DNA from: Podarcis muralis
Taxonomy: Eukaryota
Length of the DNA stretch: 64,000 bases
Assembly (NCBI RefSeq): GCF_964188315.1
Contig: NC_135666.1
Span: 59,954,001 to 60,018,000 of the forward strand
Direction: 5' to 3'
In this document: one piece after another, positions 1-10,176 of the stretch
Position numbering within the stretch: position 1 is the first letter of the stretch
Layout of the letters: every line of letters begins with the position of its first letter
The notes under the pieces: generated by a model
What the model saw: the letters and a program-made list of their open reading frames with translations, nothing else
Databases searched by the model: none
Told to the model about the DNA's origin: nothing
Program-made: the position numbers and the translations under genes

Positions 1-5
1 TAACA

Positions 6-9
<4 letters not shown>

Positions 10-39
<30 letters not shown>

Positions 40-1363
40 AATAATGTTTATTAATTTTCAATTAAAAACATCCCAATTAATGATAAATTCAATCAAATCA
101 AATCGCAATACAAATATATAAAGCCAAATTACATTCCAAATTAAAATTTCAGGGAAGGACTTCCCATGTTCTGGATGTCCAGAGCAATTATCTCACACAT
201 TTTTTTTCCTGCTTTCTTCTCTATTGTTACGCCAGTTTCCAAATTCTGATGTTAACTTCTCAAAATCTCTTCAGTTGCTGGTACAAAACTTTTATCGTTT
301 TAAATAAGTCCGTATGTCCATTCGCCTGCCGGAACACAGTTTAATTCACGATATTGTCCATCAGAAAGAATTCTCCATGCTGTCTCCCCGCAACTCTGGG
401 CTGTTGTCCAAATCTACTTCATTTGAAGATTAATGACGCCGTAGGCTCTCAAGTTCTTATTCCAAAGCACTTCGTAGAAAATCAAAAGGATAAGATAGAA
501 TGCGATATATTTCACTTATGCTTTCAGAAATCATTTGGTGATTTATCAGCTTTTCCTGGTATTGGCACCTGCCCCCTCCCTGGGCCCGGGGCAGGGGGCC
601 TGCTAAACACCAGCTTTGCCTTCATTTTCACCTTTTATAACAATATTCTGTGGAATCGAATGCACTATTTTTTGTGAAATATTTTCCCATATTGTAGTCT
701 ATATTATAGTCCAAAAAAAGATGTTTCCCACTCCTCCAGAAGGAGGAGATTTTTCTTCTACGCCACAGCTAATGAGCGCCATTTTATGAGCTCTTTTGTC
801 TTTTGCCAAGTCCAATTACCAAGTCCAATTACAACTTCAAACAAGGGTTGCATGGCCAAATAACAAATTACAATTGAGACTTCACGTGTATTCCATTTAA
901 TGTTAATGTAGATGTATATGTCTACAGATGTAGATGTATAGAAGAAAAGAAATAGCCGCTCACCTCACATTAATGAAAACACGATAGGAGTCATTTTCAA
1001 AATCTTAGCATCCAGCGACTGTTTCATTTAGCTGATCTTTTTTGTCTCCTTCTTTCCAGAACACACCTGTTTGTTGTCCAGATCTTTTTATTTTAGCAAA
1101 CAGGTATCCCCTGCACGAAGGAACAGCTTTCAGAGAGTTCCCAGTTGGCTCCGTGCCAGGCTTGGCACCCAGCGTCCTCTGTCCTCGCATCTTGCTGCGA
1201 GCGATGGATAACGGAGGATCTGCTGGTGAGGCAGCCCCCCCCCCCGGGGGGGGGGGGTTGGCAGAGCTAATTACCCTCATATTAGCTCTGAATTTCTGGC
1301 ACGGCTGGGGGTCCGATCGCATGGGAGGCAGCCATTTCCCTCAGCAGGAAACAGGAAGTCCCC
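10..1363 (-). mobile_element. Putative non-autonomous L1-related retroelement (~1.35 kb, no long ORF)
   Basis: Minus-strand 5' end GGGGACTTCCTGTTTCC..GGAAATGGCTG (L1-like start with YY1-type ATGGC motif). 3' end has AATAAA then a (GA)n tail (10-36). Shares GGAAGTCC and AAATTAATAAA 3' motifs with the full L1 (10094-10101, 10166-10176). TAACAAATT at 1-9 and 1368-1376 fits a TSD clipped by the window start. Confidence 0.6.
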
Positions 1364-1998
1364 ATTGTAACAAATTATCTTAACCATCTAAATGTGTTTC
1401 TAGTGCAAATATTAATTTCCTGTTTGTTACTGATGAATATTGGCTGTCAGTGCTGGCTTTGCCTCAACCTCGGATGCTGTAACTTCCATTTCCTACACTG
1501 CCCAGAATGGGATCGTGCTTGCTGGCCTCATCCAGATCTCAGTGCATTCAATGAATGGTAGAAAGGGTACCTCTATACACAGACCACAGCATACATGTAG
1601 AGGCTCTTTCCACTCAACCCACAAAGGTTGGGGGCAGCACCAGTGGGTGCAGTCATGCTCCTCTTCTCCATGTTCAGTATATCTGCAGAGGGAAACTTAA
1701 ACGGGTCCCCACCTCTCTTGTTAGCAGTTAATTTCACATAATAATTGGGAGGAGGGATTAATGGCTTTGGAAGGGGAACCATAAACAAAGGCAGCTTCTC
1801 TTCTCCATAACTGTGAGTGTGATCTCTAAGGCAGAATCTACACACATATAAAAACCGTTCTGAAAATGCTTTTTTTAAAAGCGTTTTTAAAAATACATTG
1901 AATTTTCTATAAGGCTCACTAATGCCATCTAGTGTCACATTGTATATTGCACTTAAAGCATACTTAAAACGTTTTATTTGCAGCTGTATAGCTAAGTA

Positions 1999-2240
1999 CA
2001 GTGGTACCTCCGGTTACGAACTTAATTCGTTCTGGAGGTCCGTTCTTAAGTTGAAACCGTTCTTAACATGAGGCGCGCTTTCGCTAATGGCGCCTCCTGC
2101 CACTGCCGCATCACTGGCGCGTGACTTCCGCTTGCATCCCAGGGCAAACTTCACAACTAGGGGCATCTACTTCTGGGTTAGCGGAGCTCGTTACCCAAAG
2201 CATTTGTAAGGAGGACGGTATGTAACCCGAGGTTCCACTG
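1999..2240. mobile_element. Tc1/mariner (Tigger/pogo-type) MITE
   Basis: TA|CAGTGGTACCTC ... GAGGTTCCACTG|TA; inverted copy of the family at 33056 and 48132. Confidence 0.85.
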
Positions 2241-3688
2241 TACTAAGTGTTGTTTGCCTTTGGGTGAGGAAGTCTTCAGAATTACAACAGAATGCTCACC
2301 TATGCTATCTTTTTATCATGTGACGCCATATGATCAGATTGAAGTTTTCCTTGGCCTGTCTCTAGGGTTCCAGGGGAAGTAAAGTATAAACTTGTTTCTG
2401 CTTCATGCATCTCTGTGAATATATTCAGCCAAGAAGCCAGGAAGCTTCATAGTAGCTAAGGATGTGAATTTGCCTCTCTTGGGTCAAGGCAAATAATGGG
2501 TCACATGTAAAGGCTGAAGCAGCCTTTGGTAAAGTCAGTATGAGTACAGACCATTTGCAGAATCACAGTTAATGAATCACAGTTTAATACAAGTATCTAA
2601 TCTGACATTAATTAAAAGAATTGGCTTTAAATGACATGAGAAAAATACAGTTGATTATCAAATGAACTTATCTTGATTTATATTGCAAAGACTGCTAGAA
2701 GAATTAATGAGAATGCTATTATCTCAAAGGATTATAGAACAGTGAATGTACCCTTAACATGTGCAAATTCCATAGGCTTGTTACTCTACAGAATCCCAAG
2801 ATACATTGTTGTATTTATTAGGATTTCTGCTATTTGAGCAATTCCTGGTTACATTTTCTATAGCATTCAAATGTGGAAGAATCAAAAGTGAGATGGCAGG
2901 TGTGTCTGCGATCCGACTTTAAAATGAACAAATACTTTGCTTGGTAGCTTGAGTTTGAGTTTTGGAGTTTGGTCAGAATAACCTGCCTCTGCATAGGGAA
3001 TGTTTTGTGACCAGAGAGGCAGAGATTTTTTAAAAGATAGAACAGGTAGCTTCTTCTGGAATGCATAATTCTGTATCATTAAAAGTGACTGTATCATTTA
3101 CTCACACCCAGTGCAAGAACACAGTAGAGTTACCTACTCCCAAGTAAAGGCTAAATAGAGGGAAGCAAGATTGGAACACAGAAAGAGACATACTGAGCAA
3201 CGGCCATGATGGATGGAGGGCTGGGGTCTCAGAGGCCTAACTATTAAAATATATCTATCTGTTTCTCAGAGTATCAAACTAGTTCACTTGCAGCAGACTA
3301 GTGTGGCCTCCTACACAGTTTGGAAAATAATAGGCTAAAAGGTACTGCATTTTAATAGACATTATTATGAATTAATATTATTTATGATTAAAAAAACAAC
3401 GAATGAAATATAAACATGTGACACTCAAGGTTTTGCCCACCAACAGTGGCTGGAGATGGTGTCATAACATGTTTTGGTTACAGTATATATGAGACTGCTA
3501 TGAAGATGAGAATATTAAATGATATCCTCTCCCTCTGCCTAATCTCTGTTGAAAAGTTACAAGGCTCTGACAGCTGCAAAATTTATTTTATGAGGGAGAA
3601 TTGGTTCAAATTTGAGTTTAACATCCATTCTGAGGAGAATATCTATAGCTAGAGGAAGGAGGCTTGTAGCTTAGATAGTAAGACAGTG

Positions 3689-4400
3689 GGAGACTTCCGG
3701 CGGCGCGCGTCTCCGGTACGGGAAGGGATTCGGCCAGGAGCGCGAACCCAGTCCGATAAACAGGGGGAAAAGGGGGTGCTAGAGGGCGAGAGCACCCCAG
3801 AAACATATCCGGAGGGTGTCCGGAGTTACAGGGAGCCAGCAGAGACCAAACGCGGCTCACCCCGCTGTCAGGTAACCTTTGTAAGGCGAAGAGAACAGCG
3901 AGGAGAGCAGCAGGTCCTGGGCAGCCATTTCCTCCCCCCGAGCAACGGACAGCCCAGACCCCGCTGGTGATTAGCGCACCGTTTCAGTGAGTAAGAAATC
4001 CGGGGGTGGCTAAAACGCGAAGGTTAAACTATTTTGGAAAAAAAAAAACCCGGAGTGAGAAAGAAGGGAATTTTAGAGGTTCTGCCGTTACCAGGGATCG
4101 GCGGCTACGCAGAGAGAAACTGCAGAGCAAGGCAAGTGCATTGAGCTACCACTGGTGATTACTTCGTTTCCCTGAAAGACTTTACGCTAAATATTATTCG
4201 ACCCCCTTCAGAAAAAGGGGTGTTTCAACAGGGAACAGAGGACGAAGTTACTAAATTAGAACCATCTGTTAAAACGAAAGGGCGCCGGAAAACGCCATCC
4301 TCACTGCTTGCGGAAAGCGGAAGAGAAGCGCCGGCGGCGCCATTAATGAGAACAAAACGTATCAGGGATTAATCTACAACTCCATAACACGGACTAACCT
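3689..4400 (+). promoter_or_regulatory. L1 internal promoter region (CpG-rich 5'UTR)
   Basis: Starts GGAGACTTCCGG (ETS-type ACTTCCGG); many undecayed CpGs; YY1-like GCCATT motifs. Promoter function is inferred from known L1 biology. Confidence 0.65.
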
Positions 4401-4862
4401 GATCTAAAAACTTTGTGGCTGTGCTCTTGTCTATCTCTTGGCACTATAGTGAAGAGCTGGGTACTTCTCCGTTCTTAACTTTTTGCTGCCTGCTCAGCAT
4501 TTGGGAAATAACTATTACCGGGCGTTGACGGACTCTTTGGTTAATTTACACCGAAAGCCTGACTTCAGTGACAGAGAGCGCCATCTAACGGACAAAGTGT
4601 TTATAGCGCTTGGGAATTTCTATTCCTATCCTGACCTTACTTTTCACTTTTTGGTTACCTCTTTCCCAGCATTTCTGTACTCCCCCTTCCTCCCCTCCCC
4701 CTTCCCTCCCTTTCTTTTCTCTCCTTTCTTTCCTTTTTCCCAACTCCAAGAAAAAAGGAGTGGAGACTCTGAGTGAACCTTTTGGGAGACTCTAATGGTG
4801 TGGACTTTCCATCTACTATTTGGAAAACAAACTCTCCCAATATAACCTTTACAAGACTATAC

Positions 4863-4984
4863 GGTGCTGTTTGAAAGCACACATTACTCTGCGGACATAA
4901 GAGCTTTCAAACCCCTGAACTTTGGTGCTGTTTGAAAGCACACATCATTTTGTGGACATAAGAACTTTCAAACTGCTGAACTTT
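4863..4984 (+). repeat. Two 61-bp tandem units in the L1 5'UTR, each with a TTTGAAAG..CTTTCAAA inverted repeat
   Basis: GGTGCTGTTTGAAAGCACACAT..GGACATAAGA.CTTTCAAAC..CTGAACTTT at 4863-4923 and 4924-4984. Confidence 0.9.
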
Positions 4985-5177
4985 AAGACTACAGGACCTT
5001 CCCTGATACCCCAAAGTTACAATACGGTAAAAAAGGAATTAATAGACTACTGTGCAATTGAAAGACTGTTAGGAAAGACTGTCAAAACAGGGGATCAGGT
5101 CAAATAGGAAATTGAAATCTGGTCAGAAGTGTTATAATTATACTGTTGGGTGTATTTTACATCTGTTAAGACAAAGA

Positions 5178-6149
5178 ATGTCAAACACAGGGAAAAGACC
5201 AGAAGGGGGAACACCAGTGGACAGAAAGGGATCAAAGCAGGAAGGGGAGTTCAGAGCAGAGATATTAAGAATGTTTGCGGAGATAAGGGAGAGTGAGAAA
5301 AATGTAGAATGTAAGTTAGAACAAGTAGAGCACAGAATTGGGGATGTAGACAAGAAGCTAGACGAAACGGTTAATGAATTGAAGAGTCAACTCAAAGAGG
5401 TATTCAGGAGGACACAGACAGTGGAGGAAGGTATGAAAAAGACAAGAGCAGAACTAAAGGAAGTAAGACGTGAGGAGGAAAAAATTAAAGCGGAGATACT
5501 GGATTTGAACAAGAGCCAGGAGGATACGAAAGATTGGATTGCTCTGAACGAACTTAGACAGAGGGAGGCTAATCTTAGGATGAGAGGTATACCTGAAGTC
5601 CAGGGAGAAAATATAAAAGAGAAATTAACAACAGAATTAGCCCTTTGGTTGGAAATCTCACCAGAAGAGGTAGAAAGGGCAGTGCAATCGGCCTTCAGAC
5701 TAAAAACTAAGCCTCCAGGGAACAAAAAATTTGTAGGAGATTGCCTGATAATATTCAAAGACAGGGAAATAAGAAACAGAATTCTCTCTAAAAACAGAGA
5801 GAAGAGGTTAAACATTGAAGGAAATAACATAATAATTTTTAAGGACATTCCTGTCAGGCTCTTAAAACGTAGAGATTCCTACAAAGAATTGGTACAGATA
5901 CTCAAAAGAAACAACATTGAGTTCAAATGGGAGTTCCCTGAAGGCATTTCCTTTACATATAGGAGCAAGAGACAAAAATTGACAAATCCAGGAGAAACAG
6001 ATAAATTCTTAAGGAAATATAAAGAATTAAAACCGCAAAAGGAAAAGGGTAAAGACGGGGGAATAAGATCGGAAGGAGTTCTGGAGGGGGAGACGGGAAG
6101 TTCGGGAGGGGAGGAGGGGGAGGGAGAGGGGACAGGGGAGGAAGCGTGA
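5178..6149 (+). CDS. L1 ORF1p (coiled coil + RRM + CTD; Transposase_22-type), 323 aa from first ATG
   Basis: Heptad-rich N-terminal half; NLRMRGIPE RRM motif; IFKDIP..KRR CTD motif; acidic G/E tail. The track's start at 5112 is TTG; first ATG is 5178. Confidence 0.93.
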   Translation: MSNTGKRPEGGTPVDRKGSKQEGEFRAEILRMFAEIRESEKNVECKLEQVEHRIGDVDKKLDETVNELKSQLKEVFRRTQTVEEGMKKTRAELKEVRREEEKIKAEILDLNKSQEDTKDWIALNELRQREANLRMRGIPEVQGENIKEKLTTELALWLEISPEEVERAVQSAFRLKTKPPGNKKFVGDCLIIFKDREIRNRILSKNREKRLNIEGNNIIIFKDIPVRLLKRRDSYKELVQILKRNNIEFKWEFPEGISFTYRSKRQKLTNPGETDKFLRKYKELKPQKEKGKDGGIRSEGVLEGETGSSGGEEGEGEGTGEEA

Positions 6150-6215
6150 GAGGAAGGTTAAAAGGAAATTACAGCCGTTCTTTTTTCTTTTTTTTCCCCT
6201 ACAAATTAAATCACA

Positions 6216-9200
6216 ATGGTGTTAAAGGTATATAGTTGGAATGTTAATGGGATGAATGATAAGGGAAAGAGGAACCGAATTGAACATATTTTGAAGAAGG
6301 AAAGTCTGGACGTTATCTGTCTCCAAGAGACACATATTGCGAGAAAGCATAAAAGGATTCTGATTAATCAAAGATTGGGGAATGAGTTTGTATCCTTAGA
6401 CAAGAAGAAAAAAAGGGGGGTGGTGATTTATATAAAAAAACAAATTGAAGCGAAACAGTTATTTAAAGACGAGGAAGGAAGGATAATAGCAGTAAAAATA
6501 AATTGGCAGGGAGAAAAGATAATAATAGTGGGAATATATGCGCCTAACGATAATAAATCAGAGTTCTATGGGAGATTGGAAGAAAAGCTGTATGACTATG
6601 CGGATGAGAAAATTATATTATTGGGAGATATGAATGGAGTGACGTCGTTAGAAATGGATAGATTGAGGGATACAAAGGGTAGAGAAGGGAAGCTACCCAG
6701 AACGTTTTTCTCCCTTATTCAAAATTGCAATTTGGTAGACATTTGGAGATTCAATCATCCCATGGAAAAGCAATATACCTTCCACTCGGAACCCAATGAC
6801 TCATCATCAAGATTGGATCAGATGTGGATTTCGAAAGAGATAACTACTAGAACGGTACGGGTGGAGATTCAGGTCAGAACAATTTCAGACCACAACCCTT
6901 TAATTATGGAACTAAGAGGGCAGGAAAGCAGATCAAATAGATGGAAACTTAAAGATTACTTATTGGACGACCAAGAGGTAGTAGAAAAAGCCCAAACCAG
7001 ATTAAAAGAATATTTTGAGGATAACTTAGGTAACAACACAAAATTGAAGGTGGTGTGGGACGCAGGTAAGGCGGTGATGCGGGGTTTTTTCATCCAGCAG
7101 AGTGCAATTAAGAACAAAAAGAGAGAAAAAGGGAAAAAAGAAATTATACAACAACTAGCTGAGAATGAGCAGAAATTAACTCAAAACCCAAAAAATAAGA
7201 AAATAAAAGAGAACATAAAAATTTTACAATCACAATACACAATGCTGGTAAATAGAGAGATAGAATGGAAAATCAAAAGACTGAGACAGAGGAACTTCGA
7301 ACATGCCAACAAAACGGGAAAGCTACTATCCTGGCAACTGAAAAAAAGGAAGGAACAGAATACGATAAACAAGATAGTGGTGGAAGGAGAAGAGATAAAT
7401 AAACCTAAGGAAATAAGGAGAGCCTTTTTGGATTTCTATGGAGAGCTCTTCAGAAATACCGGAAAGAATAAGACCAGAAAAATAGAGAGATATTTAATGT
7501 CTAAGAACATCAATAAGATCCCCCCAGCAGATAAAGAGAAATTAAATGCCCTAATCGAGATAGAGGAAATCAAAGCAATAATAACAGATTTAAAAAATGG
7601 GAAAGCCCCAGGCCCAGATGGGTTTAGTAGTAGATACTATAAAGAAATGGCACCGGTTCTACTGACTCCACTACAAGAAGTAATGAATAACATTCTTAAG
7701 GAAAGAGAAATACCGGAGACGTGGAAGGAGGCGCTGATTACATTAATCCCAAAACAAGATTCAGACTTAGAACAAATTAAAAATTACAGACCTATTTCCC
7801 TACTAAATATAGATTACAAAATCTTTGCGGGAGTCCTTGCAAGAAGATATAAGAACATCTTAGTAAAAAATATCCACAGAGACCAAGCCGGCTTTCTGCC
7901 GGGTAGGCAAATGAAAGACAATATAAGAAATATTATCAATATAATAGAATATTTAACAGAAAGATGTGACAAACAAGGTATATTGCTATTTGTGGACGCT
8001 GAGAAGGCGTTCGACAACGTAAACTGGGAATTTTTGCTGAGACAACTGGAACACATGGAAGTAGGTACTGAATTTTATAACGGGATAAAAGCAATCTACA
8101 CGGAACAAAGGGCAAAACTGTTGATAAATAATGTGGAGACGGAAGAAATAACAGTAACTAAAGGAACAAGACAGGGATGCCCACTGTCCCCACTGTTATT
8201 TATAACGATATTAGAAGTACTACTAAACTCCATCAGAGATAATAAAGGAATAAAAGGAATCAGGGTCGGCCATCATGAACACAAAACTAAAGCCTTCGCA
8301 GATGATCTGGTTGTAACAATGGAAGACCCATTAGATTCAATAAAAGAGGTTCTTAGAGAATTTGACCAATTTGGGGAAGTAGCGGGTTTCAAATTAAACA
8401 AAAGGAAAACAAAAATAATAGCTAAGAATATGCAATCAGATAAACTGGAGGAATTACAAAGAGAAGCAGAAATAGAAGTGACAAAAAAACTGAAATATTT
8501 AGGGGTATGGATAACACCAAAAAATATAGACTTATTCAAAAACAACTATGAAACTGTATGGAAAGGGGTCAAGAAGGACATAGAAACGTGGGGGCGGCTC
8601 AAATTGTTATTCTGGGGAAGAATAGCTACAATTAAAATGTCGGTACTGCCAAGAATCCTATTTCTTTTTCAAAATATCCCGATCATCAAAGGTATAAAGA
8701 TATTTAAAACCTGGCACAAAGAAATTTCTAGATACATCTGGCAGGGGAGGAAGCCGAGAGTAAAATTCAAATTATTAACGGACATAAAAGAGAGGGGAGG
8801 CTTCGCTCTCCCAGACCTAAAATTATATTACGAGGCATCCTGCCTATGCTGGGTCAAAACATGGATAAAACTGGAAGATACGGAAGTGTTAGACCTAGAG
8901 GGCCACGATAATCGATCAGGGTGGCATGCCTATTTGTGGCATGGGTGGAAGAAAAGACATAAGGGATTCGGGAATCATATATTTAGAGGTCCCCTGATGG
9001 AGGTTTGGGAAAGATATAAGGATGTGTTAGAACCCAAAACACCCCAATGGCTGTCTCCACTAGAGGTTATGTCGGTAAAAAAGACCAATATGAGAGCCAA
9101 CTGGGCAACTTACGAACAACTCCTAATGAAGGCGGAAGGAAAGTGGAAAATGAGGCCGTTTGAGCAGGTTAAATCCCAAGTATATGACTGGCTACATTAT

Positions 9201-9977
9201 CATCAGATAAACGATATGTTTAAGAAAGACGTTAGAGACAAAGGATATGCTGACAAAAAGTCTAGATTCCAATCTGAGATTTTGGAGAATAACACAAAAA
9301 CTCTATCCAAAATGTATAAACAACTATTAGATTGGAATTTAGGCGACGAGGAGGTTAAGGCGGTAATGACACACTGGGCTAAAGATTTTGGTCGTAATAT
9401 TTATTTCGAAGAGTGGGAAAAACTTTGGAAACATCACCTTAATTTTACGGCCTGTGTGTCACTAAAAGAGAACCTAATGAAAATGTTCTACCGCTGGTAT
9501 TTGACCCCGGTAAAACTAGCCAGAATGTACGGATCCTGCAACAAATGTTGGAAGTGCAAAGAAAGGGAAGGGACTTTCTACCACATGTGGTGGGAATGCC
9601 AAAAGGTCAAAGAGTTCTGGGAAAGCATATATAATGAAATAAAGAAAATGTTAAGATACACCTTTACCAAAAGACCAGAGGCGTTCTTACTAGGTTTGGT
9701 AGGAAAGGAGATAAAAAAGAAGGACTACAAACTGTTCCAATACGCTATAACGGCAGCAAGGGTGTTGATAGCTAAAAACTGGAAACAAGAGAGTTTGCCG
9801 ACTATAGAGGAATGGAGAGCCAAACTACTAGACTATGTGGAGATGGACAGGATGTCAGGAAAAGTTAGATACAAAAAAGATCAGAGGTTTGTCAAAGATT
9901 GGGAAAGTTTTACGGAATATCTGGAAAGCTTAACTGATGAACAGATAACACTAGTGGGTTTCAAAGGTGTTCTGTAA
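6216..9977 (+). CDS. L1 ORF2p: APE endonuclease + reverse transcriptase + C-terminal CCHC, 1253 aa
   Basis: EN motifs SWNVNG, LQETH, IYAPN, GDMN, SDHNP; RT motifs KAPGPDGF, YRPISLLN, DAEKAFD, GTRQGCPLSPLLF, FADD, KYLGV; CWKC..FYHMWWEC; no stops or frameshifts. Confidence 0.98.
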   Translation: MVLKVYSWNVNGMNDKGKRNRIEHILKKESLDVICLQETHIARKHKRILINQRLGNEFVSLDKKKKRGVVIYIKKQIEAKQLFKDEEGRIIAVKINWQGEKIIIVGIYAPNDNKSEFYGRLEEKLYDYADEKIILLGDMNGVTSLEMDRLRDTKGREGKLPRTFFSLIQNCNLVDIWRFNHPMEKQYTFHSEPNDSSSRLDQMWISKEITTRTVRVEIQVRTISDHNPLIMELRGQESRSNRWKLKDYLLDDQEVVEKAQTRLKEYFEDNLGNNTKLKVVWDAGKAVMRGFFIQQSAIKNKKREKGKKEIIQQLAENEQKLTQNPKNKKIKENIKILQSQYTMLVNREIEWKIKRLRQRNFEHANKTGKLLSWQLKKRKEQNTINKIVVEGEEINKPKEIRRAFLDFYGELFRNTGKNKTRKIERYLMSKNINKIPPADKEKLNALIEIEEIKAIITDLKNGKAPGPDGFSSRYYKEMAPVLLTPLQEVMNNILKEREIPETWKEALITLIPKQDSDLEQIKNYRPISLLNIDYKIFAGVLARRYKNILVKNIHRDQAGFLPGRQMKDNIRNIINIIEYLTERCDKQGILLFVDAEKAFDNVNWEFLLRQLEHMEVGTEFYNGIKAIYTEQRAKLLINNVETEEITVTKGTRQGCPLSPLLFITILEVLLNSIRDNKGIKGIRVGHHEHKTKAFADDLVVTMEDPLDSIKEVLREFDQFGEVAGFKLNKRKTKIIAKNMQSDKLEELQREAEIEVTKKLKYLGVWITPKNIDLFKNNYETVWKGVKKDIETWGRLKLLFWGRIATIKMSVLPRILFLFQNIPIIKGIKIFKTWHKEISRYIWQGRKPRVKFKLLTDIKERGGFALPDLKLYYEASCLCWVKTWIKLEDTEVLDLEGHDNRSGWHAYLWHGWKKRHKGFGNHIFRGPLMEVWERYKDVLEPKTPQWLSPLEVMSVKKTNMRANWATYEQLLMKAEGKWKMRPFEQVKSQVYDWLHYHQINDMFKKDVRDKGYADKKSRFQSEILENNTKTLSKMYKQLLDWNLGDEEVKAVMTHWAKDFGRNIYFEEWEKLWKHHLNFTACVSLKENLMKMFYRWYLTPVKLARMYGSCNKCWKCKEREGTFYHMWWECQKVKEFWESIYNEIKKMLRYTFTKRPEAFLLGLVGKEIKKKDYKLFQYAITAARVLIAKNWKQESLPTIEEWRAKLLDYVEMDRMSGKVRYKKDQRFVKDWESFTEYLESLTDEQITLVGFKGVL

Positions 9978-10170
9978 GAAGCTAAGGGTAATGCCTATGG
10001 AAAATGGAAGAATGAGAACGACTTATGGCATTACACACAAAAGAATGCGGATTTATTTTTTTGTTATTATGGACGATTCGTGGAATGGCAGAAGGAAGTC
10101 CTTTTTATTTTCTCTGTAAAGCAATAAGAGTATTGATATAGTTTGATTTGTATTTTGATTTTTACAAATT

Positions 10171-10176
10171 AATAAA
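10171..10176 (+). terminator. L1 polyadenylation signal
   Basis: AATAAA 11 nt upstream of the A-tail. Confidence 0.75.

Noticed and set aside
3689-3714. GGAGAC/GTCTCC hairpin at the first base of the L1 as P1 of an HDV-like ribozyme
   Set aside because: Only 14 nt lie between the strands, too few for P2-P3-L3-P3; treated as a simple hairpin.
3618-4882. Antisense ORFs in the L1 5'UTR as an ORF0 analogue
   Set aside because: They start at GTG, one runs past the element boundary, and they have low-complexity content with no recognisable motif.
5138-8545. Minus-strand ORFs overlapping L1 ORF1/ORF2
   Set aside because: Shadow frames caused by the A-rich, stop-poor complement.
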